In this document: positions 43,145-52,558 of the stretch, piece after piece | Layout of the letters: each line of letters begins with the position of its first letter | Position numbering within the stretch: the first letter of the stretch is position 1 | Source of the DNA: Patescibacteria group bacterium | GTDB lineage: Bacteria; Patescibacteriota; WWE3; UBA101185; UBA10185 | Reading direction: 5' to 3' | DNA length: 64,000 nt | Assembly (NCBI GenBank): GCA_049322215.1 | Contig: JBMORU010000001.1 | Location: forward strand, 65,357-129,356 | The notes under the pieces: model-generated | Database searches by the model: none | Seen by the model: the letters and a program-made list of their open reading frames with translations, nothing else | What the model was told of the DNA's origin: nothing | Position numbers and translations under genes: made by a program

Positions 43145-44176
43145 TTATTCATTGGTTTCGTAAGGAACAACCTTAACCCAAATACGCGAATCCGGATTGG
43201 CAAAGTTTGTGAAAGGCACGGCGTTAACGTAGGTGGAACCGAGTTGCAATACATCTACAACGTTGCCCACATTCCCTGCATCGTCTGTATGAAAGCCGTA
43301 CACCGTAACCGCTAGTGCGTAACAACCGCCTTGAGGTTCAATGGCCTGCACGTTAATTTTGATGTTATCACTAGCTTCAGTTCCCCAGCGAATAGGGTTT
43401 GCAACAATTGGGTCAGAACTGAGCAAAGTAACACCAAAACCTAAACCACCCCAACTTGGCGAAATTGGCGAATGCGGATTATGCCAAGCCACCTTACCAT
43501 TAGGTACAATGCATGTTTCAGACATTGGAACCTCGGCAGGAGCCTCCGCATAGGAACATAAAGCGCTCGAACCAACAAAAAGCTCTTCTACGGTAGCTAC
43601 ATCTTCAAGAGACCAATCGTGGTATGTACGTGCTTCGGCAATCCAACCTGTAAGGGCAATACCGACGGCACCGGTGCCATTGATTTGGGTTTCTTCCGCG
43701 GTAATGTGTAGCATGCCGTCTACTGAGCGAGTCCACACGCGTACTTCTGCACCTTCGGGCACATAGTACTTAGTAGCATCATCGGTAGAAGCACCACACA
43801 CCGAACCATTGCGGCTGTGCGAAAGATAAACAACAGCATTTTCAGTAATTGTTGCAGTGTGCGTGGAAGTTATCACACTAGCAATAGAAACCCCATCAAG
43901 TTCGGTTAAATCCGTATCTTCTTCAGCGGTGGTTTCAGGCTCCGGAGTAACTTCAACAATACGCGTTACTTCTACTTCCTCATAAATTAGCGTAACGGGA
44001 ATTTCACCTTCTTCCGGGGCATCAATGACCACTCGCGTTACCTCAACTTGACGCACCACAACTGGCGCATTGGTTTTGGAAATTAAGGATAAACCTAAAA
44101 CCAAGTTCCCCAATAGCGAAACCATTAGCAACACCGCAAAAACCAGCGCAGCTGTTTTCCAATATTTAGTTTGCAT
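43145..44176 (-). CDS. Secreted/membrane-anchored hypothetical protein (343 aa), GC-richer
   Basis: Signal anchor, then an E/T/V-rich linker. No family recognised. Distinct composition. Confidence 0.5.
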   Translation of the reverse strand: MQTKYWKTAALVFAVLLMVSLLGNLVLGLSLISKTNAPVVVRQVEVTRVVIDAPEEGEIPVTLIYEEVEVTRIVEVTPEPETTAEEDTDLTELDGVSIASVITSTHTATITENAVVYLSHSRNGSVCGASTDDATKYYVPEGAEVRVWTRSVDGMLHITAEETQINGTGAVGIALTGWIAEARTYHDWSLEDVATVEELFVGSSALCSYAEAPAEVPMSETCIVPNGKVAWHNPHSPISPSWGGLGFGVTLLSSDPIVANPIRWGTEASDNIKINVQAIEPQGGCYALAVTVYGFHTDDAGNVGNVVDVLQLGSTYVNAVPFTNFANPDSRIWVKVVPYETNE

Positions 44177-44247
44177 TAGAAAATCTCTCCTTATGTGCTT
44201 ATTTGTTAATGGAAGGATTATAACACACTATAGGGTCATTTGGATGC

Positions 44248-45168
44248 TTAAAGAAGCGAAAGCTGACTATCAGGAGGAGTTTCTATTTTTTTATTAGGCA
44301 AGTCAAAACCCATACGTTTTATAAGAGATTTAAAATTGTACTTAAGTAGGGCATCTTTTACATTACCCTTGTTAAACTCCTGGTATAAACAGTCGCTTAA
44401 TTCAACATCTAAATCCAGGTCAGTAACAATCGTAGCTAACATTTTGCTTATAAACGCATCTTCTTTGTACACTTCAAGTTTCTCTTTAAGGGAATTAGGA
44501 TTAATTTTACTTAAGTTTTCATAAACTGCATCTAAAGAATCAAATTCGTCTAGTAATGCCTTTGCAGTTTTGTCACCAATGCCTTTAACTCCTGGTATGT
44601 TGTCACTAGGATCCCCTCGAAGCGCCTTATAATCAATCATTTTGTCAGGTTTAAATCCCATTCTTTTTTCTACTTCTTTAGCTCCAACCCACTCTACTTG
44701 CCCCCCATTTACAGGCATCATAACTAACACATTATCATTTATTAACTGCCACAAATCTCTATCATTAGAAACTATAATTACTTCTATATCATCTTTACCA
44801 AATCGTGTAGCTAATGTTCCTATAATATCGTCAGCTTCATAACCTGGAATAGTTAATTGCCTTAAGCCAAACGCACTTATAATGTCATAAACTTTTGGAA
44901 TTTGCATTTTTAGGTCTTCATCCATTGGTTTACGATGCGCTTTATAGTTTTCATAAGCTTCAACACGCTTTATTTTTTCTTTACTCTCATTAGCTACTAC
45001 CGCATAATCTGGATGTAAAGAATCAAAAACACTTAAAAGCATAGAAGTAACACCATATACTGCGTTTGTTGGATTGCCTTCTTTATCGGTTAAAGACTTT
45101 GGCAATGCATGATAAGCACGGTGCAAAAAGTTAAATGTGTCTATAAGTACTAAACGTTTTTTTTTCAT
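44248..45168 (-). CDS. Stand-alone 5'-3' exonuclease (Pol I N-terminal/FEN-like domain)
   Basis: 306 aa. LVLIDTFNFLHRAYHA and YKAHRK motifs, H3TH region GIPGVKGIGDKTA. Confidence 0.8.
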   Translation of the reverse strand: MKKKRLVLIDTFNFLHRAYHALPKSLTDKEGNPTNAVYGVTSMLLSVFDSLHPDYAVVANESKEKIKRVEAYENYKAHRKPMDEDLKMQIPKVYDIISAFGLRQLTIPGYEADDIIGTLATRFGKDDIEVIIVSNDRDLWQLINDNVLVMMPVNGGQVEWVGAKEVEKRMGFKPDKMIDYKALRGDPSDNIPGVKGIGDKTAKALLDEFDSLDAVYENLSKINPNSLKEKLEVYKEDAFISKMLATIVTDLDLDVELSDCLYQEFNKGNVKDALLKYNFKSLIKRMGFDLPNKKIETPPDSQLSLL

Positions 45169-45182
45169 AACGAGAATTTAAA

Positions 45183-47045
45183 TTATCCTTCAAGTAATTC
45201 TCTGTATTCGTCTTCTAAAATAGTTTCTTTTTCTAATAAGGCACCGGAAATTCTATCAAGAGTGTTTCGGTGTTTATTTAATATTTCCTTAGCTTTTTCA
45301 TAGGAATTCTCTATTATTTTGCTTACTTCTTTATCTATTTCTGCTGCAACCTGTTGGCTGTAGTGTAATGCTTCACCCATTTCTCTAGCTAACCACACTC
45401 TTTGGTTTTCTCCATCAAATGAAATAGGCCCTAAAGAACTCATACCAAATTCTCTAACCATTTTACGGGCAATTTCAGTTGCACGTTCAATGTCGTTTGC
45501 AGCACCAACAGTCATTTCATTAAATACTAATTCTTCTGCAGCACGCCCACCTAAAGCAGTGGAAATTAATGATAGTAAGCGGGTTTTTGTTTCGTTATAA
45601 CGATCTCTTTCGGGTGGAAAACTTGTATGCCCTAAAGAACCACCTCGTGCTACTATAGAAACTCTATGAACTGTGTCCATTTCAGGTAAATTAGATGCTA
45701 CAAGAGCATGCCCGGCCTCGTGATATGCAACCATTTTCTTTTCCGTATCAGATTGAAGTGTTTTACGCTCAGACCCCATGGTTACTTTAAGTGCAGCTTC
45801 TTCTAAATCTGCAGGAGAAATTGCGTCTTTTCTGTCACGTGCTGCTAATATTGCTGCTTCATTTAGCATGTTTTCAATGTCAGCACCACTAAAGCCTACT
45901 GTTCTTTTTGCTATTCTTTCAACATTTACTTCTGGTGTAAAAGGTTTACCACGCATATGAATTTGAATAATCCCTTTACGAGAATCAAGATCTGGCATTG
46001 GAATAGTTATGCGTCTATCAAAACGGCCTGCACGCACTAAAGCAGGATCAAGCATATCAGGTCGGTTTGTTGCCGCTAAAACTATTACATCAGTTCTTGG
46101 ATCAAAACCATCCATTTCTATTAATATTTGATTAAGTGTTTGCTCACGCTCATCATGACCACCACCAATACCCATACCACGTTGCCTTCCTATTGCGTCT
46201 ATTTCATCAATAAATATCAAACTAGGCTGATTTTCTTTAGCCATTCTAAACAAGTCACGGGCTCTTGCAGAACCAACACCTACAAGCATTTCCATAAATT
46301 CACTACCTGCTACAGAAAAAAACGGAACATTTGCTTCGCCGGCAATTGCTTTAGCCAACAAAGTTTTACCGACTCCAGCAGGACCTACCAGTAAAACACC
46401 CTTTGGAATACGAGCACCTAGCTTACGATAGCGCTGAGGATACTTTAAGAAATCAACTATTTCCTTTAATTCCGTTTTGGCCTCATCTACTCCGGCCACA
46501 TCGTTAAACGTAGTGGTAGGAGAATCTTTACTAAACATTTTTGCTCTTGATTTTCCAAATGACAAAATATCGCCACTTGCACCTCGCATTTGTCTAAAAA
46601 TGAAAAATATTAAAAGAATAGGAAGTCCAAAAGTTATTAAAGGGGTAATTACCTGTTCAAATGTAGGACTTTGATCAACTGTTAACTCACCCGCTATTTT
46701 ACTTCTGTCTATATCGTTATTGGCTAGTATTTCATCAAAACTAATTGTAGATTCTTTTTTAGAAGTAAAAGACTCACCATCTCTTAGTAAAACTTCAATT
46801 GTGTCTTGCGCTACCGTTATGTCTTGAACTTGATCTTCTTTAATTGAAGTAATCACATCACTAATAGGACGCTCGTCACTTAAAGTTTGCTGCTGTAAAA
46901 AATAGCCTAAAACTACATAGCCTATTAAAATTACAAAAATATAAAAGAAAATGTTATTAAAAATACTTGGATTTTTTGGAGCTTTTATAGGAGTTTTTAT
47001 TTTATTTTTTATGTTTTTTTGTTGATTTTCTTGGTTATTTTGCAT
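45183..47045 (-). CDS. ftsH: ATP-dependent zinc metalloprotease FtsH
   Basis: 620 aa. Two N-terminal TM segments, AAA Walker A GPAGVGKT, SRH region and zinc site HEAGHAL. Confidence 0.9.
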   Translation of the reverse strand: MQNNQENQQKNIKNKIKTPIKAPKNPSIFNNIFFYIFVILIGYVVLGYFLQQQTLSDERPISDVITSIKEDQVQDITVAQDTIEVLLRDGESFTSKKESTISFDEILANNDIDRSKIAGELTVDQSPTFEQVITPLITFGLPILLIFFIFRQMRGASGDILSFGKSRAKMFSKDSPTTTFNDVAGVDEAKTELKEIVDFLKYPQRYRKLGARIPKGVLLVGPAGVGKTLLAKAIAGEANVPFFSVAGSEFMEMLVGVGSARARDLFRMAKENQPSLIFIDEIDAIGRQRGMGIGGGHDEREQTLNQILIEMDGFDPRTDVIVLAATNRPDMLDPALVRAGRFDRRITIPMPDLDSRKGIIQIHMRGKPFTPEVNVERIAKRTVGFSGADIENMLNEAAILAARDRKDAISPADLEEAALKVTMGSERKTLQSDTEKKMVAYHEAGHALVASNLPEMDTVHRVSIVARGGSLGHTSFPPERDRYNETKTRLLSLISTALGGRAAEELVFNEMTVGAANDIERATEIARKMVREFGMSSLGPISFDGENQRVWLAREMGEALHYSQQVAAEIDKEVSKIIENSYEKAKEILNKHRNTLDRISGALLEKETILEDEYRELLEG

Positions 47046-47066
47046 AGCGAACGAAGGGATTATACA

Positions 47067-48122
47067 TTAAAAGAGGGGTAGTTGCATCCCATCACGAACT
47101 TGATTTAAAACGCCTTGAACTTCTCTTCTAGTTCTTGCGGTTCCATCTTGCAGTATGTCTTTAACCTCATCTAAATTACTTTCGTAATGAAAATACCTCT
47201 CGCGTATTGGTTCAATAAATTCTTTTATTGCAAAAAACAACTTTTCCTTAACCTCAACATCACCTACGGTACCTTTTTCATAACGATCTTTTAAGTCAGC
47301 TACTTCCTCGATGTTGGAGTTAAATGCATCGTGATATATAAACACAGGATTTCCCTCTACGGTACCCTTGTCAGTAGCACGCAGTCTGTTTGGATCTGTA
47401 TACATACTCATTATTTTTTTCTTTAAAGAAGCATCTTCTTCATTTAAGTAAATAGTGTTGTCTAAAGATTTGCTCATTTTGGCATTTCCATCTAAACCAA
47501 CTAAACGGGCAATTCTACCAATTTTGGCTTCAGGTTCTTTAAAAACAGGTTTATATGTATGATTAAATCTTCTTGCTATTTCACGAGTTAATTCAATATG
47601 TGGCAATTGATCTTCTCCCACGGGAACTAAATCAGCGTTAACACCTAAAATATCCGCAGCCATTAAAACAGGAAAATTTAGAAATCCCAATGAAAAATTA
47701 TCACCTAGTTGTTTTTCACGAATTTCGTCTTTTATAGTGGGGTTACGCAACGCTCTGTTATGAGAAACCAACATAGTAAAAATTAAAGCGAGTTCAAATA
47801 CCTCAGGAATTAATGATTCTACGTACATCGTAACTTTTTTTGGATCCAACCCTACTGCCAAATTACCAATAGCTACCTCTAAAATTGATTGAGAAACTAC
47901 TTTAGGGTTTTCTACGTATTTTGGGTAAGCATAAGCATGCATGTCGGCAAGAATTATGAAAGTTTCATATTCGTCCTGAAGCTTAACACGATTTTCTAGC
48001 GATCCAACATAGTGCCCTATATGAAGCTTTCCAGTTGTGTTATCTCCGGTAAGGATTCGTTTTTTTGCTGACATTAAAATGATTTTAACATTAAATAAGA
48101 TCTTTGGTGCAGCTTGGTGCAC
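47067..48122 (-). CDS. trpS: Tryptophan--tRNA ligase
   Basis: 351 aa class I aaRS. HIGH-like TGKLHIGHYVG and KMSKS. Confidence 0.85.
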   Translation of the reverse strand: MHQAAPKILFNVKIILMSAKKRILTGDNTTGKLHIGHYVGSLENRVKLQDEYETFIILADMHAYAYPKYVENPKVVSQSILEVAIGNLAVGLDPKKVTMYVESLIPEVFELALIFTMLVSHNRALRNPTIKDEIREKQLGDNFSLGFLNFPVLMAADILGVNADLVPVGEDQLPHIELTREIARRFNHTYKPVFKEPEAKIGRIARLVGLDGNAKMSKSLDNTIYLNEEDASLKKKIMSMYTDPNRLRATDKGTVEGNPVFIYHDAFNSNIEEVADLKDRYEKGTVGDVEVKEKLFFAIKEFIEPIRERYFHYESNLDEVKDILQDGTARTRREVQGVLNQVRDGMQLPLF

Positions 48123-48169
48123 CTAAACAGGTACCCCAATCTGTAAGCTTTGCATGCAAAGCAACAGCT

Positions 48170-48246
48170 TGGTGCCAACGGGTGGAATCGAACCACCGAC
48201 CTGACGCGTATGAAACGTCCGCTCTAACCGACTGAGCTACGTTGGC
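48170..48246 (-). tRNA. tRNA-Met (anticodon CAT), elongator-type acceptor; could alternatively be a lysidine-modified Ile2
   Basis: Reverse complement GCCAACGTAGCTCAGTCGGTTAGAGCGGACGTTTCATACGCGTCAGGTCGGTGGTTCGATTCCACCCGTTGGCACCA. Anticodon loop TTCATAC. Pairing 1G:72C. Confidence 0.8.
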
Positions 48247-48318
48247 AAATAAAGCATAACGATTATAGCAAATAATTAACGGCAAAATTTTATAAAAATT
48301 AAATGCCCTTAACAAGTG

Positions 48319-49569
48319 TTAAAACTTAGGAAAATTATCACGCAAACTATTTAGCAAAAAGGTATTAAACTCGGCACTAGCTAAAATTAAAACTTTTGAT
48401 AACGCTGGTAACCTTTTTTTGTCGAAGGCATCTAAAAGTAACAAATAGGCAAAAGGCAAAAAATCTAAAGTGTATCGAGGGCCAAGTTGAACCCAACCCG
48501 GCCAATAATAAGTAAGTAAAAAAGCTAAAACAAACAAAACAGATAATAAGGACTTAAGATTTTCCTTTTTTTTATAGTTAACTTTAAGCAAATATAAAAA
48601 TATAGGCGATACTACAAAAAAACTTGTTCCAGGATAATTAACTTTGAAGTACGGATATTTCAAAATGAAGGTATTACCAAATAAAGTTTCTTTCTCTAAT
48701 AAAATTGGATCTATGCTTTTCAAAAAATAATAGTAAAAATTTGTTGGAATATTGCGTAGTTGAAATAAACCATAGTTAATTTGCTCAAAACGGGCATCAT
48801 CATTCATAGTCACTTCATTACTGGTGTAGTAGCCATTGTCAAATGGGTTTTGAAATCTCGCGTAGTTGTAGCTTAAAAGCAACAATCCAGATAAAACTAC
48901 AGGTAGAATTAACATGACTATATCCTTGAATTTTTTGTCAAAAGAGTATTTGCTTAAAAAAATCGAAAGAACAAAGAAAATTACTGTAAAACCAGCAGTA
49001 AATCTAGACATAAATATAAACCCGTAAAATAAACCAATTAACCAATATCTCTTTTTACTTTTATATTCATAAATTGCTAAAAATTGAAATAAAACGGCAA
49101 TCGCTTGCACAAAATTCCAGCTCCATGGAATATAAGCCACAACAACATAAACGCTAGAGAAAATAAAAGCAAAAGCCAAATATATTGAATCATATAATTT
49201 GTAACCAAACTTCATAGCTAAAGATAAGCAAAGCAAAAAAATACCAAAAGTCAAAAATACCTGTAGATAACCTTGCAGAAATAAGGAATCAGCAAAAGCA
49301 TCCCAAAGGCCAACAAAGGGCATTAAAAGCAATGCAGGAAAAGGAGCTAAATGCCAAAACAGTTTACCGTCAAAAAAAACAATATCTTGTAGCCCACCTG
49401 GAATTTCTAAAAAACTTAATGATCCGGCCAAAAAGGCACGGGCTAAATAAGAGTACTGATTATTTTCTACATAGGTAAAATTAGTAATAATCACTTGAAC
49501 AAATTTACCTAATGAAAGTATCAAAATTAATACACCCCAAACACTGGTGGGTAGTTTTATCTTGTACAT
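48319..49569 (-). CDS. Polytopic membrane protein, putative GT-C-fold glycosyltransferase (ArnT/PMT-like)
   Basis: 416 aa with 10+ TM helices and an aromatic-rich composition. The family assignment is tentative. Confidence 0.4.
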   Translation of the reverse strand: MYKIKLPTSVWGVLILILSLGKFVQVIITNFTYVENNQYSYLARAFLAGSLSFLEIPGGLQDIVFFDGKLFWHLAPFPALLLMPFVGLWDAFADSLFLQGYLQVFLTFGIFLLCLSLAMKFGYKLYDSIYLAFAFIFSSVYVVVAYIPWSWNFVQAIAVLFQFLAIYEYKSKKRYWLIGLFYGFIFMSRFTAGFTVIFFVLSIFLSKYSFDKKFKDIVMLILPVVLSGLLLLSYNYARFQNPFDNGYYTSNEVTMNDDARFEQINYGLFQLRNIPTNFYYYFLKSIDPILLEKETLFGNTFILKYPYFKVNYPGTSFFVVSPIFLYLLKVNYKKKENLKSLLSVLFVLAFLLTYYWPGWVQLGPRYTLDFLPFAYLLLLDAFDKKRLPALSKVLILASAEFNTFLLNSLRDNFPKF

Positions 49570-49653
49570 AAATACTATATTAACCTAATATAATTGGATT
49601 TAAAAAACTTCTTTGGTTGCGGGGCCCGGATTTGCACCGGGACCTTCAGATTA

Positions 49654-49727
49654 TGAGCCTGACGAGGTACTATTCCTCCACCCCGCGTCGTTAAGTAAAG
49701 AATGCATATTACAATGCGTGGGTAGTG
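49654..49727 (-). tRNA. Initiator tRNA-fMet (anticodon CAT), C1:A72 mismatch, CCA encoded
   Basis: Reverse complement CGCGGGGTGGAGGAATAGTACCTCGTCAGGCTCATAATCTGAAGGTCCCGGTGCAAATCCGGGCCCCGCAACCA. It closely parallels the E. coli tRNA-fMet ends (CGCGGGGTGGAG...CCCCGCAACCA). Confidence 0.85.
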
Positions 49728-49734
49728 TACCAAA

Positions 49735-50115
49735 TCAGAATAGCAGATTCAACCATAACTCAATATTCGAACTCATTTCTCTTGCTTCTGAAGACTTCTC
49801 AGATGACTCTAACTCTGAAATAGCACGGACATCGCTACCTGATAAAACAGTAGGTCGTATAAAAACTTTATCTCCAGGTTTTATCATATTTAAACGATCC
49901 CTGGCTTGTTCCTCTAAATATGAACTGGTTTCTCTATAGGACAACTCATCTTCTAGTGTGTTTTTTTCTTCTTCTAATACAGAAACTTCACTACGCAATT
50001 CCTCTAATCTTTTACTGCTATGCATTATTTCTAGAGTTGTGCGCGTAAAGTTTACTCCTGCCAAAATAAACAATAGGGACATTACTATATACTTGACATG
50101 AGATGGTATGGACAT
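49735..50115 (-). CDS. ftsB: Septum formation initiator FtsB/DivIC-like
   Basis: 126 aa. N-terminal TM, coiled coil, then LEEQARDRLNMIKPGDKVFI matching the FtsB C-terminal consensus. Confidence 0.6.
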   Translation of the reverse strand: MSIPSHVKYIVMSLLFILAGVNFTRTTLEIMHSSKRLEELRSEVSVLEEEKNTLEDELSYRETSSYLEEQARDRLNMIKPGDKVFIRPTVLSGSDVRAISELESSEKSSEAREMSSNIELWLNLLF

Positions 50116-50268
50116 TATCTTGATTATATAGTAAAAATATTCTTTGTTAAATTAATCACCTGCGCAGCTTGACAGTGGTTACTGCTAGTGATAGTATATG
50201 TCCCATAGAAAAATTCACCAAGTTACGTATTTATTTAAGTAATTAAGTCTATAGAAGGAGTTTAGTTT

Positions 50269-51132
50269 ATGATTAAGTTAGAAAAAGCCCACAAGAGCTT
50301 TGTAGACCACTTACAAGATCTCAAAAGATCAGAGTCTACAATAATAGCTTATAGTAAAGACGTGGAGCAATTAATTGAACACCTCCTGGAAAAAGGTGTG
50401 AATCTTGTTCACGAAATAGAAACACATCACTTAGAAGACTTTATGGGTAAATTAGCCAACGAAAGCTATACGCCTAAGTCAATTTCCAGAAAAACCAACT
50501 CTACTAAAACCTTTTTTAGGTTTTTAATAGCAGAAGGTTATATTGAGGTAAATGCTGCAGACCAACTAAAACATCCTAAGGTTGAAGTGAAAGCACCAAG
50601 AATTCTATCTAGACTAGAATACGGAGCTTTACGCGATGTAGCTAAGGAAGATAATAGAACGTTTGCAATAATCGAAGTCTTGCTTCAAACAGGAATTAGA
50701 ATTTCGGAACTTGCCCAAATTAAACTAGAAGATGTGGACCTTAAAAACGGAACATTAACTATACCTGAAAGGGGTAACAACATGAGTAGAAGAATACCTC
50801 TTAATAAGGCTGTAGTTTCGGCTATCTCTTCTTACTTAGAAGAAAGACCAGAGATTGAAAGTGAATACTTATTCATAACAAAAACTGGACGTCCCCTTTT
50901 AGTAAGAAACATCAGAGCTACAATCGACAGGTACTTTAAAACTGCCGGTATTTCTGATGCTAAGGTAAATGACCTAAGACACACTTTTGTAGCCTTTCAC
51001 TTGGCTCAAGGTACAAATCTTTTGACAGTATCTAAAATTGCTGGTCACAAAAGAATTTCTACAACAGAAAGATACCTTGAATATATTGAAAAGGTTACAG
51101 AAGAAGAAAAAACGGAATTAGGAGTTCTTTAA
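50269..51132 (+). CDS. Tyrosine site-specific recombinase (XerC/XerD-like, phage integrase family)
   Basis: 287 aa. N-terminal SAM-like domain. Catalytic residues R (GIRISEL), LRHTF (HxxR), GHKRIS, and a Tyr in ERYLEY. Confidence 0.8.
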   Translation: MIKLEKAHKSFVDHLQDLKRSESTIIAYSKDVEQLIEHLLEKGVNLVHEIETHHLEDFMGKLANESYTPKSISRKTNSTKTFFRFLIAEGYIEVNAADQLKHPKVEVKAPRILSRLEYGALRDVAKEDNRTFAIIEVLLQTGIRISELAQIKLEDVDLKNGTLTIPERGNNMSRRIPLNKAVVSAISSYLEERPEIESEYLFITKTGRPLLVRNIRATIDRYFKTAGISDAKVNDLRHTFVAFHLAQGTNLLTVSKIAGHKRISTTERYLEYIEKVTEEEKTELGVL

Positions 51133-51175
51133 AGAATTTTTAATTTAGATTTTTAGTTTAATTAAGCTTGAAATG

Positions 51176-51204
51176 TCAAAAAGCCCCTACTAGGGGCTTT
51201 TTTG
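51176..51204 (+). terminator. Rho-independent terminator after the recombinase gene
   Basis: GCCCCTACTAGGGGC hairpin at 51183-51197, followed by TTTTTT. Confidence 0.55.
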
Positions 51205-51205
51205 G

Positions 51206-51252
51206 TGCAAAAAAAAGCTGATTTTGTATAAAGTTTAAACTTATACAAAACC
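51206..51252 (-). terminator. Second hairpin serving the convergent minus-strand gene
   Basis: GCTGATTTTGTATAA-agtttaaac-TTATACAAAACCAGC (one mismatch), preceded on the plus strand by AAAAAAAA, which is a T-tract on the minus strand. Confidence 0.45.
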
Positions 51253-51268
51253 AGCCGAATGTAATAGA

Positions 51269-51643
51269 TTACCGCACAGGCATAGCATGATGTAAAAAGC
51301 GCACCCCCGTGCGATCACTGTAGAGTAGCTTTTTCAATTCAGCAATTGCATGGGCATCTGATAGAGTTGCATCGCGATCACCCACAAAAATACCAATATC
51401 ATCTTCAGTGATGCCAAAAAAGAAAATAACCTTTTCGGCATTTTGGGACACTTGATGAACATGGGAAAATTTGGTGCGATACATTCTATCAGGATTTTTT
51501 TCTTCGGCCATTTGAAACATTAGGTTTAATACCAAAAACAAACCAGCTATAAACCTAAATGGTGCTTTAACTGTAGCGTAATAAAAACGGAGTTGCCTTG
51601 TAGCTACATCCTCAACATACGCGGTCATCGCAAAATTGGGCAT
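51269..51643 (-). CDS. hypothetical membrane protein (124 aa), GC-richer
   Basis: ORF with one or two TM segments and a distinct composition. Confidence 0.45.
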   Translation of the reverse strand: MPNFAMTAYVEDVATRQLRFYYATVKAPFRFIAGLFLVLNLMFQMAEEKNPDRMYRTKFSHVHQVSQNAEKVIFFFGITEDDIGIFVGDRDATLSDAHAIAELKKLLYSDRTGVRFLHHAMPVR

Positions 51644-51739
51644 TTCTTTCTCCTTTTATCTAACAGGGATTTGATAGCGCTATTATATTATAAGTTTTAG
51701 GTAAAGGCTATAGGGCACTGATGATAAAATAAAGTAAGC

Positions 51740-51815
51740 TGGTGGGTGATCCTGGGCTCGAACCAGGGACCGCTCGTGTATAAGACGAGTGCTCTACCAA
51801 CTGAGCTAATCACCC
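51740..51815 (-). tRNA. tRNA with anticodon TAT (UAU), formally tRNA-Ile reading AUA
   Basis: Reverse complement GGGTGATTAGCTCAGTTGGTAGAGCACTCGTCTTATACACGAGCGGTCCCTGGTTCGAGCCCAGGATCACCCACCA. Perfect acceptor, D and T arms, 5-bp anticodon stem CTCGT/ACGAG and loop CTTATAC. Confidence 0.75.
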
Positions 51816-51872
51816 TAATATTAAAACAAAGGGCAAAAGGATTTTATCACAATACTAGTATTTAGCTAAAGA

Positions 51873-52277
51873 TTATAACTCTTCTGTTTCTACTTCCTCT
51901 ACTTCTACTTCTACTTCACCATCCTCATCTATTGGATACCTTTTCATTTCGCGGGCTTCTTCCCAACCCTCGCTGTCACGCTTCGATTTTTCTTTAACAT
52001 ACTGACGCTCTACCTCCTCTACGGCACTTATTAAAGCAGTTTCTAAACTGTAGCCAGTGGAATCCCCAATAAACTGCATCTTGCCTAAATTCATTTCTAT
52101 TTTTGCATTAAAACTATCTTCTTCCTCCCCTTTATTCATTACTACTCTAAATGATACAAGTTCCTTATTCGTGTCAGCAAAGTGGCTTTTTAATTTTTCC
52201 AATTTACTATGTGCTAATTCTTGCATACTGGGGGAAATATCTATATTGTCAGAAGTTATTTGTACGTTCATAACCAC
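51873..52277 (-). CDS. hpf: Ribosome hibernation promoting factor (HPF/RaiA family) with an acidic C-terminal tail
   Basis: 134 aa. MNVQITSDNIDISPSMQELAHSKLEKL N-terminus typical of YfiA/HPF. Tail EVEVEVEEVETEEL. Confidence 0.8.
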   Translation of the reverse strand: MVMNVQITSDNIDISPSMQELAHSKLEKLKSHFADTNKELVSFRVVMNKGEEEDSFNAKIEMNLGKMQFIGDSTGYSLETALISAVEEVERQYVKEKSKRDSEGWEEAREMKRYPIDEDGEVEVEVEEVETEEL

Positions 52278-52294
52278 CTTTCCAAAATATATAA

Positions 52295-52558
52295 CTACAA
52301 GGAGAGTTCTTCTCCATTTTCATCAAAAAGATGAATTGCCTGTGTAGGGCATGATTGCGCTGCCATAAAAAGCTGGTTATCGTCAAGTTCTGTTGCTCCG
52401 GGTTTTACTACAGCAATATTTTCTTCATTTAATTCAAAGGCTTTTGGAGAAATTACTACACACGTACCTGCGCCAATACATGCATCTTTATCGACTTTTA
52501 TAGAGTAAACTTTCTTTCTATTATTCTTCATACTGAATTGCTTCATTAATGCGATCAA
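52295..52558 (-). CDS. Small single-cluster ferredoxin
   Basis: 87 aa. CIGAGTC...SCP arrangement. It probably starts at the internal MKNNRK. Confidence 0.55.
   Translation of the reverse strand: MIALMKQFSMKNNRKKVYSIKVDKDACIGAGTCVVISPKAFELNEENIAVVKPGATELDDNQLFMAAQSCPTQAIHLFDENGEELSL

Noticed and set aside
49613-49939. 108-aa (+) ORF overlapping tRNA-fMet and ftsB
   Set aside because: It overlaps a high-confidence tRNA and the FtsB gene on the other strand.
50269-51132. Calling the tyrosine recombinase a definite prophage integrase or mobile element
   Set aside because: At 287 aa with a SAM-like N-domain it fits chromosomal XerC/D equally well. No att-site repeats or phage structural genes were seen, so it is reported only as a possibility.
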